A program made the translations under genes and the position numbers. Shown here piece after piece: positions 9,597 to 18,598 of a stretch of 40,301 nt of DNA. Below the pieces are notes generated by a model. The model saw nothing but the letters and a program-made list of their open reading frames with translations. It was not told where the DNA came from and did not search any database. Numbering within the stretch: position 1 is the first letter of the stretch; every line of letters starts with the position of its first letter. The DNA comes from a virus: UHGV virus genome UHGV-0127505, one strand, 5' to 3'.

Positions 9597-9647
9597 GAGA
9601 TATAGTTTATTTAAATAGCTTAATAAGCTAGAGATATAAACTATATC
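9597..9647. promoter_or_regulatory. Nested palindrome in the cI-SIR2 intergenic region (candidate operator/promoter element)
   Basis: GAGATATAGTTTAT (9597-9610) and ATAAACTATATC (9636-9647) are inverted repeats flanking the near-palindrome TAGCTTAATAAGCTA. Confidence 0.4.
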
Positions 9648-9741
9648 GCTAAATAGTATTTTATTACGTACTACATTAAGCGTCTATTTGAAAAGGCATT
9701 GAGCCTAAGTTATATAATGTAACAACAGGAATCATATTGCA

Positions 9742-10431
9742 CTATCCATGCTTCCTGTATGTTTGCGGCATGCTCCCAATAACCTTACCGAAGATGAACA
9801 CCCGGTTCATCTCGTCTTTCTCGATCGGGTCCCACGGTGAGTAGCTCTTGTTATCAGAAATAACCAGCAGCTTATCCTTCATCATTTGCAGGCGCTTTAC
9901 ATGGGCGGTGTCGTCATACAGAAACGCATAGATACCATCACCGTCGAAAGATTTAACCGTGATATCAACGAACAGCAGATCACCTGGTTCGATCGTTCCT
10001 GACATGCTGTCACCACGCACGTTAATGATGCGGATATTTTCTGCCTTCCTACCATCGAACATGTGACGAGCATCGTCAAACGAGTACTCAACCGAGCGTA
10101 GAACTTCTACAAACTCACGGTTGATGACTCCCGGCCCGGCACTCACTTCTATATCAAGAACGTCAATCTTAAAGTATTTGGAATGGCTGACAGTTGATTG
10201 TATTGGTTGCACTGTACTGTCTGACATATTTCCAACGCCAGAAGATAACCATTCTGCGCGCACACCCAAAGCGTTCGCGATCTCCACGATTTTAGTTGTT
10301 TGGTTAGCTTTCCCTGTTTCGATTTTCTGAATAGCAGCTTGGCTAACCCCGACCAAATCCCCAAGCGCCTTTTGTGTAAGGCCTCGCGCTAATCTGGCTT
10401 CTTTAAGTCTTTCTGAGAGTGTTGTTTTCAT
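9742..10431 (-). CDS. cI: CI-type prophage repressor (HTH_XRE N-terminal domain plus S24/LexA-like autoprotease domain)
   Basis: 229 aa from ATG at 10431 (MKTTLSERLKEARLARGLTQKALGDLVGVSQAAIQKIETG...); C-terminal domain with S24 peptidase character; divergent from cro. Confidence 0.85.
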   Translation of the reverse strand: MKTTLSERLKEARLARGLTQKALGDLVGVSQAAIQKIETGKANQTTKIVEIANALGVRAEWLSSGVGNMSDSTVQPIQSTVSHSKYFKIDVLDIEVSAGPGVINREFVEVLRSVEYSFDDARHMFDGRKAENIRIINVRGDSMSGTIEPGDLLFVDITVKSFDGDGIYAFLYDDTAHVKRLQMMKDKLLVISDNKSYSPWDPIEKDEMNRVFIFGKVIGSMPQTYRKHG

Positions 10432-10535
10432 AGACCAAATGTACAACCAAGGTTTTATTACATCAAACGAAAATGGTTGTTGACTAAAAACAACCATAGT
10501 TTTAATCTTGATTCAGATTAACCACGGAGGTTGTT
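10432..10535. promoter_or_regulatory. OR operator / divergent pRM-pR region
   Basis: 25-bp palindrome ATGGTTGTT-gactaaa-AACAACCAT; TTGACT, 17-bp spacer, TAATCT promoter facing cro; GGAGG ribosome-binding site before cro. Confidence 0.65.
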
Positions 10536-10766
10536 ATGAACCCAGCAATCAAAACAGCGATCAATATCGTTGGTTCACAAAAGAAACTGGGCGATGCCTG
10601 CGAAGTTTCACAGCAGGCCGTCTATAAGTGGCTTCACAACAAAGCAAAGGTATCCCCTGAACATGTCGGCAGCATTGTTACGGCTACTGGTGGAGTTGTG
10701 AAGGCATACCAGATTCGCCCGGACCTTCCGAAGTTGTTTCCACACACCGAAAAGAACGCAGCTTAA
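10536..10766 (+). CDS. cro: Cro-like HTH repressor
   Basis: 76 aa with HTH (LGDACEVSQQAVYKW); divergent from cI. Confidence 0.8.
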   Translation: MNPAIKTAINIVGSQKKLGDACEVSQQAVYKWLHNKAKVSPEHVGSIVTATGGVVKAYQIRPDLPKLFPHTEKNAA

Positions 10767-10778
10767 ATTTCCATTTCA

Positions 10779-10824
10779 CGCTCTTTAACAATAAGCAATC
10801 AACTTAACAGACTGATTAACAGTC
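10779..10824 (+). promoter_or_regulatory. nutR-like site: boxA (CGCTCTTTAACAA) plus candidate boxB hairpin
   Basis: CGCTCTTTAACAA at 10779-10791 matches the boxA consensus; GACTG-attaa-CAGTC hairpin at 10810-10824. Confidence 0.5.
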
Positions 10825-10847
10825 AATTCAAACTAAAGGAATTAATT

Positions 10848-11387
10848 ATGCAACCAATTACATACCAACAGACTAGCGGATTTAGCCCGACTGCGGTGAT
10901 AAATCGTTCTCAAACAAAACAGGCGCCAGGCCACGAAAAAATCCGTGATGCCGTTCGCGCCTGGTCGGCTGCAGATAATCAGGATGTTGTTGCCGCACTC
11001 ATTGTGAATGAGTATCGGGAGCAGGGCGGCGGCACCATCGATTTCCCTGATGATGTCAGCCGTGCACGCCAGAAGCTGTTCCGCTTCCTCGATAACAAAT
11101 TCGATTCTGAAAAATACCGAAATAACGTGCGTGAACTGACCCCGGCAATTCTGGCGGTACTACCGCTGGAATATCGCGGCCACCTGGTTGAGCAGGATAG
11201 CTTCATGGCTCGGCTGGCTGAAATGGAAAAGGAACTCAGTGAGGCAAAACAGGCTGTCATTCTCAACGCACCACGCCACCAGAAACTGAAGGAAATTAGT
11301 GAAGGTATTGTGTCGATGTTTCGTGTGGACCCAGATCTGGCTGGTCCATTGATGGCGATGGTTACTACCATGCTGGGGGCGATATGA
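10848..11387 (+). CDS. Regulatory protein in the cII position (YdaT-like family, tentative)
   Basis: 179 aa, AAAGGA ribosome-binding site; position between cro and O; family assignment from recall only. Confidence 0.45.
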   Translation: MQPITYQQTSGFSPTAVINRSQTKQAPGHEKIRDAVRAWSAADNQDVVAALIVNEYREQGGGTIDFPDDVSRARQKLFRFLDNKFDSEKYRNNVRELTPAILAVLPLEYRGHLVEQDSFMARLAEMEKELSEAKQAVILNAPRHQKLKEISEGIVSMFRVDPDLAGPLMAMVTTMLGAI

Positions 11388-11473
11388 CAGGTTCAGAAAT
11401 GGCGAAAGCCGGTCTGCTGGAACAGAACCGACTTTCAGGTGCAAATCGTAACACACTCATTGCGGGAGGAATT

Positions 11474-12403
11474 ATGGCAAACACTGCTGAGATATTCAAT
11501 TTTCCAGTGCCGGATGCGGCACAAAAGGAGCCGCGCGTGGCAGATCTCGATGATGGTTATACGCGCATTGCAAATGAGTTGCTGGAAGCTGTGATGCTGG
11601 CCGGATTAACACAGCACCAGCTTCTGGTCTTCCTAGCTGTCATGCGCAAAACATATGGCTTTAATAAAAAACTGGATTGGGTGAGCAACGAGCAACTGTC
11701 CGAATTGACCGGGATATTGCCGCACAAGTGTTCTGCTGCAAAAAGTGTTCTGGTAAAGCGTGGGATTTTGATTCAGAGCGGGCGGAATATCGGTATTAAT
11801 AATGTGGTCAGTGAATGGTCAACATTACCCGAATCAGGTAAGAAAAATAAAGTTTACCTGAAAGAGGTAAATTTACCTGAATCAGGTAAGAAAAGTTTAC
11901 CCAAATCAGGTAAAGGCGTTTACCCGAATCAGGTAAACACAAAAGACAAACTAACAAAAGACAATATAAAACCTTTTTCGTCCGAGAATTCTGGCGAATC
12001 CTCTGACCAACCAGAAAACGATCTTCCTGTGGTGAAACCGGATGCTGCAATTCAGAGCGGCAGCAAGTGGGGGACAGCAGAAGACCTGACCGCCGCAGAG
12101 TGGATGTTTGACATGGTGAAGACCATCGCGCCATCAGCCAGGAAACCGAATTTTGCAGGGTGGGCTAACGATATCCGCCTGATGCGTGAACGTGACGGAC
12201 GTAACCACCGCGACATGTGCGTGCTGTTCCGCTGGGCATGCCAGGACAACTTCTGGTCCGGTAACGTGCTAAGTCCGGCCAAACTCCGCGACAAGTGGAC
12301 CCAACTCGAAATCAACCGTAACAAGCAACAGGCAGGCGTGACAGCTAGCAAACCAAAACTCGACCTGACAAACACAGACTGGATTTACGGGGTGGATCTA
12401 TGA
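11474..12403 (+). CDS. O: Replication initiator O (lambda O-like)
   Basis: N-terminal region RVADLDDGYTRIANELLEA...LAVMRKTYGFNK matches lambda O; GGGAGG ribosome-binding site; internal iterons; alternative upstream ATG at 11384. Confidence 0.85.
   Translation: MANTAEIFNFPVPDAAQKEPRVADLDDGYTRIANELLEAVMLAGLTQHQLLVFLAVMRKTYGFNKKLDWVSNEQLSELTGILPHKCSAAKSVLVKRGILIQSGRNIGINNVVSEWSTLPESGKKNKVYLKEVNLPESGKKSLPKSGKGVYPNQVNTKDKLTKDNIKPFSSENSGESSDQPENDLPVVKPDAAIQSGSKWGTAEDLTAAEWMFDMVKTIAPSARKPNFAGWANDIRLMRERDGRNHRDMCVLFRWACQDNFWSGNVLSPAKLRDKWTQLEINRNKQQAGVTASKPKLDLTNTDWIYGVDL
11843..11945. repeat. ori: Replication origin iterons (four direct repeats of about 18 bp, TACC(C/T)(G/A)AATCAGGTAA) within O, followed by an AT-rich stretch
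   Basis: Four iterons read directly in the sequence (each shows as ESGK/KSGK/NQVN in the translated O frame); same architecture as ori-lambda. Confidence 0.85.
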
Positions 12404-13101
12404 AAAACATCGCCGCACAGATGATTAACTTTGACCGTGAGCAGATGCGTCGGATCGCCAACAACATGCCGGAACAGTACGACGAAAAGCCTCAGGTACA
12501 GCAGGTAGCGCAGATCATCAATGGTGTGTTCAGCCAGTTACTGGCAACTTTCCCGGCGAGCCTGGCTAACCGTGACCAGAATGAACTGAACGAAATCCGC
12601 CGCCAGTGGGTTCTGGCTTTCCGGGAAAACGGGATCACCACAATGGAACAGGTTAACGCTGGAATGCGCGTAGCCCGTCGGCAGAATCGACCATTTCTGC
12701 CATCACCCGGGCAGTTTGTTGCATGGTGCCGGGAAGAAGCATCCGTTATCGCCGGACTGCCAAACGTCAGCGAGCTGGTTGATATGGTTTACGAGTATTG
12801 CCGGAAGCGAGGCCTGTATCCGGATGCGGAGTCTTATCCGTGGAAATCAAACGCGCACTACTGGCTGGTTACCAACCTGTATCAGAACATGCGGGCCAAT
12901 GCGCTTACTGATGCGGAATTACGCCGTAAGGCCGCAGATGAGCTTGTCCATATGACTGCGAGAATTAACCGTGGTGAGGCGATCCCTGAACCAGTAAAAC
13001 AACTTCCTGTTATGGGCGGTAGACCTCTAAATCGTGCACAGGCTCTGGCGAAGATCGCAGAAATTAAAGCTAAGTTCGGACTGAAAGGAGCAAGTGTATG
13101 A
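12400..13101 (+). CDS. P: Replication protein P (DnaB helicase loader)
   Basis: 233 aa, same size as lambda P and overlapping the O stop. Confidence 0.9.
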   Translation: MKNIAAQMINFDREQMRRIANNMPEQYDEKPQVQQVAQIINGVFSQLLATFPASLANRDQNELNEIRRQWVLAFRENGITTMEQVNAGMRVARRQNRPFLPSPGQFVAWCREEASVIAGLPNVSELVDMVYEYCRKRGLYPDAESYPWKSNAHYWLVTNLYQNMRANALTDAELRRKAADELVHMTARINRGEAIPEPVKQLPVMGGRPLNRAQALAKIAEIKAKFGLKGASV

Positions 13102-13271
13102 CGGGCAAAGAGGCAATTATTCATTACCTGGGGACTCATAAGAACTTCTGTGCGCAGGACGTTGCCGCGGTAACAGGTGTGACAGTAACCAGCATAAATC
13201 AGGCTGCGGCTAAAATGGCGCGGGCAGGAATCTTAGTCATTGATGGTAAGGTCTGGCGAACGTTTGTTTAA
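13098..13271 (+). CDS. ren: Ren N-terminal fragment (57 aa, truncated relative to the 96-aa lambda Ren)
   Basis: MTGKEAIIHYLGTHKNFCAQDVAAVTGVTVTSINQAAAKMARAGILVIDGKVWRTFV matches the lambda Ren N-terminus, then an early stop. Confidence 0.7.
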   Translation: MTGKEAIIHYLGTHKNFCAQDVAAVTGVTVTSINQAAAKMARAGILVIDGKVWRTFV

Positions 13272-13417
13272 CGGTTAGCTACTCAGGATGATAGGGCGGG
13301 GCAAGTGAGTATGAACCGAATTTTCAGGAATGCCGTCAGAGTTTGGTAGTAAAGTGGGTTTTCTAGTGGCAAGAGACTTGATAATATTTAGTTCTTTGAA
13401 TCCAAGGAGATAGGGTT

Positions 13418-13912
13418 ATGAGAAAATTTATTTTAGCCTTTGTCATAAGTGCCTCGTTTACAGCAAATGCTGGTGTAGAGAAGTTAGGGCCGTGGATAAC
13501 AAAGTCTGAGATAAATAAAATGACTGACCAGACTGACTTTGTGGCTCTTAACTTGTCACCAGATTCATATAACAAAGCAGGTACTGATCGTGCAACTTCA
13601 CTGGTGTTGCGTTGTAGTGATAACAAAACAGATGCCTATTTATCATTCAATGATTATATGGGGTCGGACAACCCAAGAATTACAGTGCGGTTAGATGGCG
13701 GAAAGCCGGTCAAGAGTGTTTGGGGAGGTGGGGAAGGCGGTGATTCTGCATTTGCTCCACAACCAATACAATTTATAAAGACCTTGGCTAAGCATAAAAA
13801 AGCTATTTTTGGGTTTGAACCTTATGGATCAACTATGCAAGTAGTTGAGTTTGACTTGTCTGAGATTGATAAGGTTGTGGAAAAAATTTCACAGTCTTGC
13901 AATTGGAAATAA
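13418..13912 (+). CDS. Exported hypothetical protein (signal peptide), AT-rich moron
   Basis: 164 aa; AAGGAG ribosome-binding site; signal peptide MRKFILAFVISASFTANA; low GC. Confidence 0.7.
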   Translation: MRKFILAFVISASFTANAGVEKLGPWITKSEINKMTDQTDFVALNLSPDSYNKAGTDRATSLVLRCSDNKTDAYLSFNDYMGSDNPRITVRLDGGKPVKSVWGGGEGGDSAFAPQPIQFIKTLAKHKKAIFGFEPYGSTMQVVEFDLSEIDKVVEKISQSCNWK

Positions 13913-13929
13913 CAAAAAAATCTCATATG

Positions 13930-13956
13930 AACCCAGTTGGCTCTGGGTTTTTTATT
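13930..13956 (+). terminator. Rho-independent terminator after the exported-protein gene
   Basis: Hairpin CCCAG-ttggct-CTGGG followed by TTTTTTATTT. Confidence 0.65.
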
Positions 13957-14308
13957 TCTGTTGTCTATAATGTATTCATAATTTTTACTGGGATACAGTG
14001 CACATAAAATCCCAATTGCGGTAGGACGATAACTGGATCAGGTGGAGGCACTTACGCAAGAATTGATTGTATTAATTTGCATAGAGCAACGCGAAGTTAT
14101 TTATAAATTAACTGATATAGAGTACTAGATGTAATCCGAACCGGTTATGATTCGTCACCAATTTTGCAAGAGGCTGGGTAGGTAAGCTATTGGATACCGT
14201 AGGTAGCAAAAATATAGAAGGAGGGGAAGAATTGCTAAACTCGAGCATTCACTTAAATCTGAGTTATTTATTGTTAAGATATAATACACTTTGAATAATA
14301 GAGGCTAT

Positions 14309-14713
14309 ATGACAACGAAAATAAGCAAAGATGATAAACATCTGCTTGATCCTTATTTAAAATGGCTTGCAAACAAGAAGCTAATGGTTGCCTTCTGGTT
14401 GGTGCTAATGATATGTGGTTGCATATATGCATATATAGAAAATGATTGGTCACTTCTTCCCCGATTCGGATGTTTAGGCATAATGATTGGCACATTGCTT
14501 ACTCTTTCTCCGCTTTTTGCAGAAGGTATCTACCTATCAAGGCGAGAAGCATTTAGTTTTGGTTCGGTACAACAAGATGGGAGCGTCACCTCAACCTCTG
14601 AAAAAGGTCGTGCAGTATCAAGGAATATTCTATGGGGTGTTATCATTATAATCATATCATCGATAATAAATGCATTTGGTGACTTAATAATGGTCACGAT
14701 TATGAATGGTTAA
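14309..14713 (+). CDS. Small integral membrane protein (about 3 predicted TM helices), AT-rich moron
   Basis: Hydrophobic segments (LMVAFWLVLMICGCIYAYI, LGIMIGTLLTLSPLF, ILWGVIIIIISSIINAF); AGAGG ribosome-binding site before ATG 14309; ORF-track start 14291. Confidence 0.55.
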   Translation: MTTKISKDDKHLLDPYLKWLANKKLMVAFWLVLMICGCIYAYIENDWSLLPRFGCLGIMIGTLLTLSPLFAEGIYLSRREAFSFGSVQQDGSVTSTSEKGRAVSRNILWGVIIIIISSIINAFGDLIMVTIMNG

Positions 14714-14792
14714 AATAATTAACATTTATGATATTAGTATTATATAACTTAGTATGCTGTTTAATTAAGTCACCGCAGACTTGACACTTGGC

Positions 14793-14891
14793 GGTAACTT
14801 CTGCGCTAAACGGTGACGTTTATACGCACATACAATCTAAATCCTCTTCTCCCTCCACAGATGCAGAAATATACCTGCGATTTTTTGCATT
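14793..14891 (+). repeat. Copy A of a roughly 100-bp direct repeat / candidate structured RNA element
   Basis: Shares GGT(A/G)ACTTCTGCGCT and CACAGATGCAGAAAT..ACCTGCGAT..TTGCAT(T/C)C with 17203-17303; adjacent hairpins differ in sequence but both pair. Confidence 0.6.
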
Positions 14892-15308
14892 CGGTGTTTT
14901 TGGCAGCCAAGAACAGGGAGTCTCTGTTTGTCTGGCGGCTAAAGGTGATATGGAAATCGTGATGTCTTGGCCTAAAGTAGTTGCAACAGTTGGAGCGATT
15001 ATGGTGGTAGTAGTGATCATCGCACCACCCATTTGCAAGGGTTGACGACATTATTTATCCGGCGCTATATTCTGTGCGTTGCCGCAAAATCGGCACACGG
15101 GATTGGCGTCCCGGAATACTACTCAACGCATACCGCGTTAAGCGGTTTTTTTATGCGCTAAGCACGGCTACGCCCAAATTATGGTGGGCTGTGTGAGGGC
15201 TTCTTCGGGAGCGCCGGGTTTGAGTAGCCGGTTACGCCAACCTTGCACAGTTCACCACCAGTCGATTGGCGTCGTTGGTGGTGATGGTTAACCTGATGAG
15301 GTGATACT

Positions 15309-15917
15309 ATGACTACTCAATTAGCATTCCACAAAACGACGTTTACCCCAATTTGCCACAATAACAGAATTTGGCTTACTGCCACTGAAGTTGGTTTAGC
15401 TCTGGAATATGCGGACGATAAAGCAGTTCAGCGCATTTACTCTCGTCACTCAGATGAATTTACAGATATGATGACAAGGGTGGTCAAAGTGACCACCCCT
15501 CGTGGAATGCAGGAGTCTCGAGTATTTAGCCTTCGCGGAGCCCATTTGATCGCCATGTTTGCACGAACTCCTGTAGCCAAAGAGTTCCGCCGCTGGGTTC
15601 TGGATATTCTCGATCGAGAAGTTCAACAATCCCCGATCACAAAACAATTCACTGATAACGAACTTTGCACACTCGCCTGGTTATGGCGAGCAAGTGATAC
15701 GATGTTAATCGCCTGCCAGAACGTTACTCCACTTCTTCAGGTTGCGGAGCACCGCGAAGCCGGTCGCTTTACTTCTATCAGTCAGGAATATCCCCTGATA
15801 CTCAGCAAGGCGCGAGCAATCCTTGCCAGAGAAACGGCGCATGTAAAATTCCAACCGTGGCAGGATGATAAGTGGAGCAGGGTATTGCCACATTTGCGTC
15901 AGGCTAGATTGCAATAG
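15309..15917 (+). CDS. Bro-N domain protein (phage antirepressor-like)
   Basis: 202 aa; N-terminus (ICHNNRIWLTATEVGLALEYADDKAVQRIYSRHSDEF) typical of Bro-N / antirepressor proteins. Confidence 0.65.
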   Translation: MTTQLAFHKTTFTPICHNNRIWLTATEVGLALEYADDKAVQRIYSRHSDEFTDMMTRVVKVTTPRGMQESRVFSLRGAHLIAMFARTPVAKEFRRWVLDILDREVQQSPITKQFTDNELCTLAWLWRASDTMLIACQNVTPLLQVAEHREAGRFTSISQEYPLILSKARAILARETAHVKFQPWQDDKWSRVLPHLRQARLQ

Positions 15918-16079
15918 TTTTACATATTAGGCGCTGAATGGATGCAAGCAGGTAGCGCACTGGGCGGCAATGATTAAGGCTTCAGATAAGCCAAGTAAGC
16001 ACTGAAGAAGTTCAATGTAATCAAATTCTCTTTATGGTATTTTCGTTAGACCCCTCATGCACTTAGATGGAAATTTGAA

Positions 16080-16280
16080 ATGATGTATTCAGTGACTTTC
16101 GATGATACTGGACGAGTAGAAGATATTGAACTAGATCGTGAGGTTAGAGCCGGAGATAGACTCTCGCTTAATATTGATGGTCTTGATGGTATTTATATAG
16201 TCATGACTGTTAGCGGCCCTATCTATGAAAATGTTTGTATGCCAATGAATATCCGGGTTCAAAAGTATTGGAAGCAATGA
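16080..16280 (+). CDS. Hypothetical protein (66 aa)
   Basis: ORF only; AT-rich. Confidence 0.35.
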   Translation: MMYSVTFDDTGRVEDIELDREVRAGDRLSLNIDGLDGIYIVMTVSGPIYENVCMPMNIRVQKYWKQ

Positions 16281-16296
16281 TGTATAATCCCCTCAG

Positions 16297-16542
16297 ATGC
16301 TCGAGGGGATTTTTATGTCAGACTGGAACATTGCAGCAAAACCGCAAAAGGAACGTGACAAGGTAAGCGTTGGCCTTGCGCTTTCAGGTGTAGCGTATAA
16401 AGAACGCCCGAACATGCCGGTTATAGCTAAACAGGTAGCTAGAGAACAACTTGGGCATCTCCGCGAGTACTTAATGGATCGCGTCCGTTATTACCGTAAG
16501 CAGAGCATCACCTTCCAAAAGCATCCGAACCACGCTACATAG
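16297..16542 (+). CDS. Hypothetical protein (81 aa; start possibly ATG at 16315)
   Basis: ORF only. Confidence 0.4.
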   Translation: MLEGIFMSDWNIAAKPQKERDKVSVGLALSGVAYKERPNMPVIAKQVAREQLGHLREYLMDRVRYYRKQSITFQKHPNHAT

Positions 16543-16557
16543 AAATGGCAGACTTAA

Positions 16558-17145
16558 ATGCAAGAAAATGAAAAGCAAGAGCAGCATGAAACTGAACCTC
16601 AGGATTTAGATTTTCCAGCAGAATTTGACTCTCTGATTAATGCAAATGGAAAGATAACACCTGCATTGCTAACGGTAGTTAACCGGTATTTTTTATATTT
16701 TTCATTCTTTGAATCACTTCTTTTGGGGTGTTCTGGAAGTCAGGGGAAGAGTTCGAAATACGCAGCGAAATTGTTGGAATTCAAATTAGTTGATCTTGAC
16801 GTTCTTAAGCGAACATACTTCTTTTTTGCAGACCGTTATCTGGCAGATGTAGTGAAGTTTGAAAACCTATGTGGTGATTTAGAGCATACATCGCAGAAGG
16901 CTAGGGATGAAAAAATTAAGGCCATGCAATTAAAGACAAACGACCCTGAAATTCAGTTAGGTGTTTGTATTTTTGTTTGTTTCAGGTTGCGAAACAACCT
17001 TTTTCATGGACCAAAATGGCGTTATTTGCTTGATGGGCAAGAGGATTTGCTCTTAATTGCCGGAAATTTTATACATTCTATTCTATTACAGGTGCCTAGT
17101 AGAGATGGCTGGGAATTCAAGAATATTTTAACTTCTACTGATTAG
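16558..17145 (+). CDS. Hypothetical protein with an Rx4HG (HEPN-like) motif; candidate abortive-infection RNase (tentative)
   Basis: 195 aa; AT-rich; motif RLRNNLFHG near the C-terminus matches the HEPN R-x4-6-H signature. Confidence 0.5.
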   Translation: MQENEKQEQHETEPQDLDFPAEFDSLINANGKITPALLTVVNRYFLYFSFFESLLLGCSGSQGKSSKYAAKLLEFKLVDLDVLKRTYFFFADRYLADVVKFENLCGDLEHTSQKARDEKIKAMQLKTNDPEIQLGVCIFVCFRLRNNLFHGPKWRYLLDGQEDLLLIAGNFIHSILLQVPSRDGWEFKNILTSTD

Positions 17146-17202
17146 CTTTGATTTTCCATAATCAACCCGCCATAATCATGTCATCGGAGCCTGAACAACT
17201 CC

Positions 17203-17303
17203 GGTGACTTCTGCGCTTTGAGGGGACTCAAAGTGCAAACGACAATCAGAACACCTTTCAACCAGTCACAGATGCAGAAATGCACCTGCGATATCTTGCA
17301 TCC
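17203..17303 (+). repeat. Copy B of the roughly 100-bp direct repeat / candidate structured RNA element
   Basis: See copy A; hairpins CGGAG-cctgaacaa-CTCCG and TTGAG-ggga-CTCAA occupy the same positions as ACCGC...GCGGT and AAACG-gtga-CGTTT in copy A. Confidence 0.6.
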
Positions 17304-17330
17304 AACGTTTGACCTCTGCGGAGGTGAAGC

Positions 17331-17786
17331 GTGAACCTCCCACAAGATGGCATCAAATTACATCGCGGTAACTTCACCGCTATCGGTCGGCAGATCCAGC
17401 CTTATCTGGAGGAGGGCAAATGCTTTCGCATGGTGCTTAAACCGTGGCGTGAGAAACGCAGTCTTTCCCAGAATGCACTCAGCCACATGTGGTACAGCGA
17501 AATCAGTGAATACCTCATCAGCAGGGGTAAAACGTTCGCTACTCCAGCTTGGGTAAAAGATGCTCTCAAACACACATATCTCGGTTATGAAACCAAAGAC
17601 CTGGTTGATGTCGTAACCGGTGATATCACCACTATCCAGTCGTTACGCCATACCTCCGATCTTGATACCGGAGAGATGTATGTCTTCCTGTGTAAGGTTG
17701 AAGCCTGGGCGGTGAATATTGGCTGCCACCTGACTATTCCGCAGAGCTGCGAGTTCCAGCTGCTCCGCGACAAGCAGGAGGCGTAA
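17331..17786 (+). CDS. ybcN: NinB/Orf-family recombination mediator (DLP12 YbcN-like)
   Basis: 151 aa; GTG start with GGAGGTG ribosome-binding site; recognised as the DLP12 YbcN type. Confidence 0.7.
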   Translation: MNLPQDGIKLHRGNFTAIGRQIQPYLEEGKCFRMVLKPWREKRSLSQNALSHMWYSEISEYLISRGKTFATPAWVKDALKHTYLGYETKDLVDVVTGDITTIQSLRHTSDLDTGEMYVFLCKVEAWAVNIGCHLTIPQSCEFQLLRDKQEA

Positions 17787-17956
17787 TGGCTACACCGCTT
17801 ATTCGTGTCATGAACGGACACATCTACAGAGTACCAGATCGTCGTAAGCGTAAACCGGAGCTGAAGCCTTCCGAAATACCAACACTGCTCGGATATACCG
17901 CCAGCCTGGTTGATAAAAAATGGTTGCGACTGGCAGCAAGGAGGAATCATGGCTGA
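17786..17956 (+). CDS. ninE: NinE-family protein (56 aa)
   Basis: Hand-translated [56 protein letters not shown]; start overlaps the ybcN stop (TAATG). Confidence 0.55.
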   Translation: MATPLIRVMNGHIYRVPDRRKRKPELKPSEIPTLLGYTASLVDKKWLRLAARRNHG

Positions 17957-18239
17957 TTTGAGAAAAGCAGCGCGTAGTCGGGAATGCCAGGTAAGAATCC
18001 CTGGCGTATGTAATGGCAACCCTGAAACGTCTGTACTGGCACATATCCGGCTGACTGGATTGTGCGGCACCGGTACCAAACCGCCAGACCTGATTGCCAC
18101 CATTGCATGTTCTGCCTGCCACGACGAAATCGACCGCCGCACACATTTTGTCGATGCTGCATATGCAAAAGAATGCGCGCTGGAAGGTATGGCGAGAACA
18201 CAGGTTATCTGGCTGAAAGAGGGGGTTATTAAGGCGTGA
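17949..18239 (+). CDS. ybcO: YbcO-like protein (DUF1364, putative nuclease; Cys-rich)
   Basis: 96 aa from [37 protein letters not shown]...; nin-region position. Confidence 0.75.
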   Translation: MADLRKAARSRECQVRIPGVCNGNPETSVLAHIRLTGLCGTGTKPPDLIATIACSACHDEIDRRTHFVDAAYAKECALEGMARTQVIWLKEGVIKA

Positions 18240-18598
18240 ATACCTACAGCATCACATTACCCTGGCCTCCGAGCAATAATCGCTATTACCGCCATAATCG
18301 CGGGCGCACGCACGTCAGCGCAGAGGGGCAGGCATACCGCGATAACGTCGCCCGAATCATTAAAAACGCAATGCTGGATATCGGCCTGGCTATGCCTGTG
18401 AAAATCCGCATTGAGTGCCACATGCCGGATCGCCGTCGCCGTGACCTGGATAATCTGCAAAAAGCCGCTTTTGACGCACTCACTAAAGCAGGTTTCTGGC
18501 TGGATGATGCTCAGGTCGTTGATTACCGCGTTGTGAAGATGCCTGTTACCAAAGGTGGGAGGCTGGAACTGACCATCACCGAAATGGGGAATGAATGA
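18236..18598 (+). CDS. rusA: RusA Holliday-junction resolvase
   Basis: 120 aa [37 protein letters not shown]... reads as RusA. Confidence 0.9.
   Translation: MNTYSITLPWPPSNNRYYRHNRGRTHVSAEGQAYRDNVARIIKNAMLDIGLAMPVKIRIECHMPDRRRRDLDNLQKAAFDALTKAGFWLDDAQVVDYRVVKMPVTKGGRLELTITEMGNE

Noticed and set aside
11384-11473. Upstream ATG (11384) that would extend the O protein by 30 residues
   Set aside because: The start matching lambda O is ATG 11474, preceded by GGGAGG; the extension overlaps the previous gene and has no counterpart in lambda O.
11821-11945. Tandem 18-bp repeats that could be mistaken for a CRISPR-like or tandem-repeat array
   Set aside because: They are the ori iterons inside the O gene (same architecture as ori-lambda). 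Spacing and the lack of unique spacers rule out CRISPR. The direct repeats at 14793/17203 are only two copies 2.4 kb apart, so also not a CRISPR array.
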